Below the pieces are notes generated by a model, which ran no database searches, was not told the origin of the DNA, and worked only from the letters and a program-made list of their open reading frames with translations. Source: Fimicolochytrium jonesii (Eukaryota). Taken from it: 64,000 bases of DNA. This document shows, piece after piece, positions 40,973-50,085 of this stretch. The first letter of the stretch is position 1. Each line of letters opens with the position of its first letter. The stretch covers positions 744,001 through 808,000 of the forward strand of contig NW_026515673.1 of NCBI RefSeq assembly GCF_025526975.1. Reading direction: 5' to 3'. The position numbers were made by a program, and so were the translations under genes.

Positions 40973-41641
40973 GACATAGGGAGGACGGCGAGGGGCAGGA
41001 TGTAGTCCATAGGTATGTGATTATAAAGTTTATGGGGAAAATGGAGACGTAGGTGTCAGAGCTATCAGATGGTCGACGAACAAATCCCCATCCTCGGTAG
41101 CCAACGCCGTGGCCCAGCCGCCCAGATGCCCGACATCGATTAGGTAGGCGTGATGGAGGGTTCCCATCACAAGGGGCAGCCAGCAAACGTCAGTTGGGAA
41201 AACTGTTACGGCAACTTAATTCTCTCTGTAACACCATGCTCAGCCTAGCGCGAGCAAGGCAGCAAAACCATGAAACATCTGAACATGTCCAAACACTGAT
41301 GAGCTGACTGCCCTCGATGCATGTTGCCACATATCGCGGAGTAACGGCGATCGGACTTGCGACGCGTGGCTCGTGGAAGCCCAGCTGCGCTTCTGGCTTA
41401 TGTCCGGGAGCTTCCTTCTCCTCCTTGCGCAAGCCTCGTTCCAGCCAGCATTGGTTCCTTGGCGTAGTTCCAACTCTTTACGTAGTCAGGGCAAAGTCTA
41501 TCACGGTGTGAAGGGCTGGCAAAGGGCGAGCCGCCGACTCTCCGCTCTCTTGCTCTCTCCACAAGTCACTTAAAGCGGAGGTTCCGCTCACGCGTTCAGA
41601 CGATCTCACTCAATTTCCAGCACCCGGACTTTGTGGCAAGA

Positions 41642-44600
41642 ATGTTTCTGCAACGTTCTCGCTTACATTATACTGTCTGTGCGTTGGTGCGGCGGCCGAG
41701 GGCTATCTCGACACGACCGGCTGAGGCTGCTGCTGCGCGCACGATCGCACGCTTCCGCGCACCGACGCCCTTTCACGGCTTCCCGTCCTGCGCAACGGCA
41801 TCTCTAACGTATTCGCCACAACAGTCTTTCGGAGCTCATATCATTCGAACCTATGCCACGAATAGCGCACGAAAGCTGGAAAGCGCCGCTGTCCAAAAGA
41901 AATTGGTAGAACGGTAAGAAGAATCGATATTTTCACAATACCCGCCAATAGCAGGCGTCTGATGTCGGTCGACAGGCTGGTTGATCTATCAAAGAAAGAG
42001 CTACTAAAACACGCGATATACTATGGAGTGCCTTGTACCAGCAAAACGCCAAATGAAGAGATCGCGGAAAAGATCGCGGAGACGTTGACGTCGGGGAAGC
42101 CGCTGCAGCTGAAGGAGAAGGCTTCAATCCCTTTGCCGGCTTTGCATAGGTATTTTCGTGTCTTCTATTCATGTTTGTGAATGCGGCATTGGGAGTGTAA
42201 TTGGGATGGTAACGAGTGCTAAGCCTCTGCGTATTTCTTTCAGCTTGCTGGAAATGTCTCTCAAACAGCTCAGGGTCATGTGCAGCTTCCTGCAAATCGA
42301 AGAGCAGGAGTTCAAAGACGAGCACATCGACCGGGTTTTGATAATCCATAGACTAGTCTGGGAAGCGCAGGCTAATCAACGAGCTATGCACGTGCTCGCA
42401 GACCGGTAGGCACATACTTCGTTTGTAAGTTCGTGTGCAGTGAAGTTCCTCGGCGAATCAACAACGAACAATTTTTCCCGATCCCACATTGTCCACCCGC
42501 AGCTTCAGAAGGTCTCTGTCGAGGGAGGATATGGTGATAGTTGCAAAGCTTTGCGGTGTGGAGACAAGGTCCTCTGACAGGCGGTACCTTATGACACGTC
42601 TTCGGAAAAGATTTACTGAAGGCTTCGTCTTCGTACGGAACACGGAAGTTGATGGAAGAACGGGGCTGGTGTCAGGCGAATCTGTCTCGGAGATCGAAAT
42701 GCAAAGCGCCCAATCTACATGTGCACAGAATGCGCCAGGTTCAACCCTTCCACCGTCGGAACTGCAAACCCCGAAAACCGCTAGCGCCAAGACCGAAGCC
42801 CAAACCAACGCCACCCACCCCCAGAAAGCAGGGATCGGCCGAGCAAAAGCGAAACAGTCAGCAACATCAACGCGCGTCATACTGCCTGAGGTTGAGACAA
42901 AAGCCATGCCGCTCGCTCCCCGCGACCCGTCTCCGTCCGCGGAAGCCGTAACTCCACAATCCTCCAATGAAGATGGTCGAGGGAGCAAGATCCAAACCAA
43001 ATGGAAGCAGCCAGTTGCGGGGAAAATTTCCTTTCAGCACAAGGGCGAGCCGAAAGTGCACAAATTGACACTGTCTGAACTTATCCAGTACGCAGCCTCC
43101 GTTGGGCTCGCGACCACCGGTACGAAGGATGAGCTACGAATCCGAGTCAAGGCGTTTTTGAAAGAAAATCGCGCGAAGCAGCATCCGCCCTACAACATGA
43201 AATTACATGAAGCTGTTCAGTACGCAGAGTCTGTCGGGCTCTCGTCCGCTGGCACTATGGATGAGCTACACGAGAGAATCAATGCATTCTTGAGAGAGCA
43301 TCGCGCGAAGCGGTCGCCGCTCCGCTCTTTGACAGGACGTGAAGGTGCACATTACGCAGAGTCCATTGGCCTCTCGTCCGCTGGCACGAGGCAGGAGATA
43401 CTAAAGCGAATCAGGGCATTTTTGGGAGTGAGTCGCGCGAAGCAGCAGGCGCCTGGCGAATCAGAGGGTGAGGAACCCGAGGAGAAGAGAGACACCATGT
43501 CCAAATCGAGCAAGACATCAAGAGCCAAGCAACTAACCACCGATCAAAGGTCTCCGAAAGCGCTCGATTTCGCCACTATGACAGGGGAACAGCAAGCCGA
43601 GGAGCATAAAGAAGGTCGGCCCAAATCAAACCCTCAGAAACCAACCACAAACCAAGGGTCGCAGGAAGCGCAGCCCGATTTACCCGCTATGGCAGTCGAA
43701 CAGCAACCTAACGAGAAGAAAGAAAGTGCGCCTAAATCAAAGGAGAATTCAAAACCCCAGAAAACAACCACCAACCGAGGGTCCCCAGAAACGCCGTTTG
43801 ATTTCTCCACTATGACAGTCGAGCAGCAACCCAAGAAGAAAGAAAGTACGCCCGAGAAGAAATCGAAACCAAAGAAACCCACTAGGAACCAAGGGTCGCC
43901 ACAAGCGCAGCTCGATGTCTCCACTATGACAGTCGAGCAGCAACTGGAGGAGAAGAAAGAAAGTGCTGCGCCCAAATCCAAAAAGAAGAAATCAAAAGCT
44001 GAGAAACTGACCACCAATCAAGGGACCCCGGAAGCGCGGCTTGATTTCTCCACCATGACAGTCGAGCAGCTCAAATCCCACGTCCGACGGTACGGCCTTC
44101 CTCTGGCCGGCACGAAACCCTTTCTGAAACGCCGACTCGAGAACCATCTGCAGGAGATAAAACCCCTTCCAAGCCCTCGCACGATCGTCGCGATCGACGT
44201 CGGTGCGCTCAACCTCGGTTACGTGCGCTTGACCGTCCCGCCGTTCGACGGCGCCGACGAAAAACCGACCATCACGGATTGGGGACTGCTGAACATGAGC
44301 GCACCATTCAACTCCCTCTCAGCAATGGCGTCGGAATGCGTGGGCATCGCAGACCGGATCACCAACCCGCCCGCAGACATCTACATCATCGAACGCCAAT
44401 CGTGGCGGTCCGTCGGCGGACGCATGGCCATCCCCGTCGCGATCCTGGCCTCGCGCACGATCGAAGGAATGCTGATCGCGCTATTATCCGACCAACGCCG
44501 CGCTGGCGGGAAGGTGCAGGATATGACCCCCGGATCGGTCTCGCAGCACTTTGATCTGCACAACAAACTGAAAGCGAAGACCGGCACCAGCGCGGCCGTC

Positions 44601-44882
44601 GTTACCAGCGGACACTATGCGAAGAAGGACAACGCCGTTTCATTGGTCAAGAGCCTTGTGAAAGGCGGGTATGTGACCTGTCCTCCCGGATTGCTGGAGA
44701 GGTTTTTGAATACGCGGAAGAAAGATGATATTAGCGACGCGTTGTTGATTGGGTTGACGTGGATTGATCAGTGGACTGCGGCAAAGAAGGATGCGGCGTT
44801 GGTGGTTGAGAGATGTGGGGAGGAGGAGTTTGTGGTTAGTGATCCGATGGATGAGAGGTTGAGTGCCGTGGCGGGGATGTGA
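41642..44882 (+). CDS. Mitochondrial Holliday-junction resolvase Ydc2/Cce1-like protein with expanded SAP-type and tandem repeats
   Basis: RuvC-like catalytic motifs IVAIDVGALNLG, IIERQ and KKDDISDALL, immediately preceded by a SAP domain (MTVEQLKSHVRRYGLPLAGTKPFLKRRL). The N-terminus resembles a mitochondrial presequence. The 5' exon structure is approximate. Confidence 0.82.
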
Positions 44883-45301
44883 GGGAGTTTTCTTGGGATT
44901 TTTGGGGCATCTATGTTGTGGGAGAAGTGTAACGAGTCCTTTTTGGAACGGTTCGGATGGCTGTTTGGGTTTTTCAACCCGCCTCTGATGAAGGTCGGAA
45001 ACAAGCTTGCGTGTTCCTTGGATTGGAATGCTCTCATCATGTAAATAATACCGTCATAGTAACATGAGATGCAAAATGATTCCAATTTGAGGATCGCAGG
45101 CTGCCCGTCGGGATGTGTGCAGCTCTATGACATGGCAGAAGCAGTACCTCATATCAGAAGGAGTTGGAGAGTCTATCCGCACCATTATTCGCGCCCCAAA
45201 AGCACTACCCGCTACGCTGCCATGCCAACACCGCTACCTTACGACTGAAATCTATGCCAAAACGCTAGCATAAACTACGGTTTCTCTCCTAACCAGAATC
45301 C

Positions 45302-47257
45302 TCATCGTCCCCAACCGGCACCTCCTAAACTTGCCACCGTCGCCGAAGACGGCACAAATCCCCTCGCCGGCGGTTTCGGTCCACCTCCGTCTGCAGGCAT
45401 TCCCGCCGTATGCGTCATTACACTCCCCGACCCCGGCCCACCCTCCTTGAACACCATCGTCGTAGACGACCGCCCCGTAACCGACTCCCTGCTCCCCGCC
45501 GCCGACCGGTGTTTGAGTCCCGCCGCACTGGCGGATGATGACTTGAGTTTCTTTTTCGATAATTTGGACGCTGATCCCGATGATGTGAGGGATGACGTGG
45601 AATTCACTGCGGATTTCGGGCGCGAGAGCGAGGTGATGGATGTCGAGAGTGGCGGATCGGGTCTGTTGCGTCCCGCAGCGGCGGGCGTTGGTCGCGGAAT
45701 GTGCGATTGCATGTCGACGTCTCGGGACGCTGAGATCTCCGTCCCCGAAACAGCAGCAGACGGTGATCCACCCACAACATCCCCCCGCCGTCCGGGCGCG
45801 GCTGTTTGCGGGCGTGCCGTGCTTGTCGGTGGTAGTGAACTTGCTGGCTCCTCCCCGCGTATGGGCGGCGCAGAAGCGGGCCGTGCACCAGCTTTCCTCC
45901 CTTTCGGCTTCTTCTTCCCTGCCCCGCCAGTCTTCCCCCCACCCGTCTTTGCATCCCCCGCAGCGGCCGCCGTCTTCCCACCCTTCTTCACCGCAACAGC
46001 ACTGGTCGGTCGTGAACTGCCGCGATTCTTCTTCGCCTCCGCTTCCTCTGCCGCAGCTTTCGCGGCGCGTTTGGCTATCTTCCGCTGCAGTTTGCGGAGT
46101 GCGACGAGATGCGAGCGGAGATGTGTTTCGGAATTGGTGAGCAGTGTGCGGAGCGTTTCGTCGGTTGTGAGCTCGTGGGCCATGCGGCCGTCGTTGTTCT
46201 TTACTGTTGGGTCGCTGCCGGCTGTTAACTGGAAATGCAAATAGATGGGTGAGCACTTTAGTCACCGCCCGGCGCTTAATAGATGTGTGGGTGTATAACC
46301 TGTTTACCCCGCACGTATCACTCACCAAAACATTAGCAACATCCTTCAAGTTATTGACACTCGCAAAATGCAACGCAGTGCTCCCAAACCCATCCCTGCT
46401 CGTCAACAGGTTCGGCGGTTCCCTATCCCCCTTCTTCACCGGTGGTGGTGGTGGTGCGGCTTTGCTTTTATCCGTGGTGGGGAGAGAGGCGAGCAGCGAT
46501 GTGAGAGATGCCAGGACGGGTTTCGCGTTGCCTTTCCGTAGGGCTTGCCGGAGGAGGAGGGCGACGAGGGGGATGTTGCCGGAGTTTGCTGCCCTGTTGG
46601 GGTGGATGTTGGGGTGAGAGATGTGGGCAGGAAGTATCTTGTGACGAGGGATGGTGAGGAAACCTACCAGTGTAATGGCGTGACCCCATACCCGTCCGTG
46701 GCAGTGACGTCGGCGCCGAAGGAGAGCAGGATATGTGCGATGCGGCGATTGCCGTTGCGGCAGGCGACCGAGAGCGGGCTGGGGTATTGGGAAGTGCATC
46801 AGAGAAAACGGGATTCAGGCATTGGGCTACGAAAAGGTTTTACGTACGTTAACCCCAGGACGGGATTCCGGCAGTTGCTCCGGCCTGGGTTCTCCCATAG
46901 CGCTTCGTAAACCTGCGAATGAAACCAACAGCCCAGCCAGTAGATGAGATTCCCAAAACGCAAACCGCTCCTCAATAAAGACAAAAGAAAACTCACCCGA
47001 TCCAACCTCCCTTCCTCAACTGCCTGCAACAACCCCCTCTCTTTCTCTCCCAACTCCTTCTCAACGCCGAGATCCGGTCTCGCCGACGCCGGTCTCTTCC
47101 CGCTCAGTAAACTCGTCGACCCAAGAGACGCGCGACTGGATCGCAGGGGTGCGGCGGATTGGGGTCGGGATGATTTGCGAGGGGAGGAGAGGGTGGTGGT
47201 GGAACGGGCGCCGGCGAGGGAGGCGTGGGAGGGCGCTGTGCTGCGGGATTTTTGCAT
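45302..47257 (-). CDS. Ankyrin-repeat protein with basic low-complexity tails, multi-exon
   Basis: TPLSVACRNG, GVTPLHWAANSGN, GSTALHFASVNN and GSDPTVKNNDG are ankyrin-type motifs. Confidence 0.82.
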
Positions 47258-47950
47258 TATTTTTTGAGGGGATTGAGTGGTCGGGTGAGCGGGGACGATG
47301 TCGGTTGGGTTTAATAAAAGCGATGGAGAGTATATGTGTTGCTGGGTGTCTGTGGCGGATCGGAAGCAAATGCAATCGAGTGAGAGGTATTTCCTGAAAT
47401 GCCTGAAATGTGGATTGGTTGTCCCAAAATGTGAAGCCGAAACTTTTAGTCATCCGACAAACAACTGGGGCACCTCGACAACGCAAGTGCAAAATTGAGT
47501 ATTTTCAACTGTTTGAGCCCTCTGATGCGTCCAAACTGCGTATGAATCCAAGAAATCGAAACTCAAAACAGGGTATTTTCGTAGAATTGACAGGAAGCGG
47601 CGGTGACATTACATAAGAATTGACACTTCCGCGCTGTCAAATGACCCAGACAAATCTCCCTCCCATTACAGTGTTCGCATATCACGCATTACATATTCCC
47701 AAAAAAAAAAAGTCCCCTCCTATATTTCATGTCCAAGTCGACGGATATGCGTGACAATTGTACAGCAAGAAGTGAAGAGAGGGGAAAAGGAAGGAGTTAC
47801 GACTCCAAGACCCAAAAAGCAAAAACGAGGAAATTACGTTCTGAAATCCGTCTTGGATGGTCATATACGCGAGGTAGGAGGGGTATGAAGGAATGCGAAG
47901 AGAGAGGTTGCTGATATAAAGGGGGGAAAGTCTGAGACGTAGCAATATGG

Positions 47951-49617
47951 TCACATAGCGGAGCCCGGCCGTGCCTGTGCCATCGTCCGCACCCATCTCC
48001 GCCGTCGAGTGAGCGAGACCAGCCCTGCCGTCGGAGTCGGGTTCATCCACTTATGATCACTTTCGGGAAATAAACCACTCATTAGCACCACATTCCACTA
48101 CATACAAACATGCTTTCATTCGATGGAACGTACCTATAAACCCACCCCTCAGGGTCCGTAGTCCCCCAACTCGTATCGCACCGCCAGTCGTCGTCGTGCC
48201 ACGTCCAGCCGTGCGGTAAGGTGTAGTCGTCTGGTGAGGGGCAGGACATGGCGCCGGAGTGGTCAGACCAGGGGGCACGTTCTTCGGCGAGGAGGTGGGA
48301 GATCCAGCCTGGGCCTGAGGGGGAAAAACCAATTTGAGGTGTAAGCAGTGTACTGCGATGTGTAGGCGGATTTGAGAGGAGACGGATATACGTACCAGCC
48401 CACCATCGCTGATTCTCAAACAAGGAGACGACCATAGGCGGTTGTGGTTGCGGCATGGGCGGTGTGGCTCGTTTACGCTCCCCGCTCAACGATCGCATCT
48501 GTGCCTGCTGCTGCTGCTGCTGCTGCGTTTCAATCTGTCGTTCCCTCCCCGCCCGCCTGGCATCCGCCCCAATCCCCGCAAACGTCGCCAACCCACTCAC
48601 AGCATCCAAAACCCCCGTCATCTGCCTCGCCAATCTTCCCGGCAACGTCATCGGTATACCACCCTTCCCCCCCATTGGCAAATCCGCCACCAGCGCGACA
48701 TTCAAGCTTTTCCACTTCAAACCCGTCGTGTTGCGCAGGAGGACGAGGATGCCGCTGAGCATGAGGAGGTAATGGAGCGGGATGAGGAAGTAGAATGTCC
48801 AGGTGATGGGGATCGAGAGGACGGTGTAGGAGAGGACGCGGGAGGTGAGTTCCGGGTGGGTCCAGTCGAGCTTTTGGAGGAGGGCGTGGAAGGCGTCGTA
48901 GGCATCGCAGTATTGGGCCATTACGTTCTGCATGAACTGGGGTTCACAATGGGAAAAGGCGGTCAGAATGATAAGCCGCCATCCCTTTCAATGAAACTGG
49001 AAAGTTGCATGAAGACCAACCTGCATGTTCTTGGCGTATTGCTCAGATCCTACCGTGATGCTGGCGTACCAGTTCGGCGTTGTCCCTGATGTCTCAGAAT
49101 GTATCGATCCTCGTTGCTTGACGACGTAATTCCTCAGAATCAAATACATGATGTACAGATTCGGCACAATGCATAGTATCGTCGGATAGTAGCCTATATG
49201 CGCAGATCGAGCGGAGATAAGTACTTGAAGGGCAGGTACCATCACCACCCATAAGCAATCACACCACTCACATAAAGTAACCCAACCCAACACCAAAATC
49301 GGGCTCTTAATCGGATCCCTCCACCTAACCATCGTATCAAAGCACTCCCACACCGCCACAACAGGGCTCAGTCTCACAATCAATCTACTGAAATGCCCCG
49401 TGGTCGTCACGAGACTCAGGCCGGGGGCTTCGGGTAACGGGCGGGCTTGTTCGCGGGCGGTGTTGATGAGGAGGTTTTCCATGACCGAGGGTTGTTTTGG
49501 GGCCGGTGAGTGCGAGTGGGAGTGGGAGAAGTAGGAGGTGCGGGGCGGGGAGGAGGATTTGGAGGGCCGGGAGGGGGAAGAGCGGTGGGAGGAGAAGAGG
49601 GAGGGCATTATCGGCAT
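47951..49617 (-). CDS. Pex23/24-family peroxin (Pex28-32-like) with membrane domain and C-terminal DysF domain
   Basis: FENQRWWAG..GW, WTWHDDDW, DPEGWVY and TRRRRWVR form a DysF signature; upstream segments are hydrophobic. Confidence 0.85.
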
Positions 49618-49995
49618 TTGTGGTGGGTGCTTGGGATATCGTTTGTTTGTTGTTCAGAGTGAGTGTGGTGATCTCGCCTTGGTTTCTCAAGATGCCGTCG
49701 ACCCTAAACCCCTCTTTATATAAAATTCCTGCCTTTTCCCCAGCCCACCAGTTCCCTCACACTCAACGAGAAGGACCAGCCCTCGCCTCCGGTCCACCCC
49801 GCAAGATTGCCGTAGTAAGATGCACTGCAAACAAACGCGTTATCTGTCTTAGAAATTCGTTCCTACGTAGCCCTTGTGACCTAGTGACTCGTTCTTTGGC
49901 GCCAAGTGCCCTATGGCGTAGAGGGCGATAGGGGGAATGCGGAGAGACGGGAAGCAGATGGCGAGAGTTAACCTTGTTTTTTCTGAGATACAAGT

Positions 49996-50085
49996 TGCCG
50001 TCATCGGCGACGCCTCAGGCAGAGGTACAATGATGTGGATGGCAGATAACCACCACGGAAAATGGGATGGGGTGAGGATTCTAGA
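49996..50085 (-). ncRNA. Candidate Fanzor omegaRNA scaffold (3' of the Fanzor stop codon)
   Basis: It lies where characterised Fanzor1 omegaRNAs lie. The minus strand folds into hairpins (GTGGTGGT/GCCATCCAC, CCTC/GAGG, GCCG-ATGA-CGGC), and 52 nt of it are duplicated in Fanzor intron 4. There are no expression data. Confidence 0.45.

Noticed and set aside
45252..46799. 515-aa ORF overlapping the ankyrin gene
   Set aside because: Only its central part is a real ankyrin exon; the rest is an alternative frame kept open by high GC.
49985..50010. Helitron 3' terminus
   Set aside because: A hairpin is present but no CTRR end at the expected distance, and no Rep/helicase gene is in the window.
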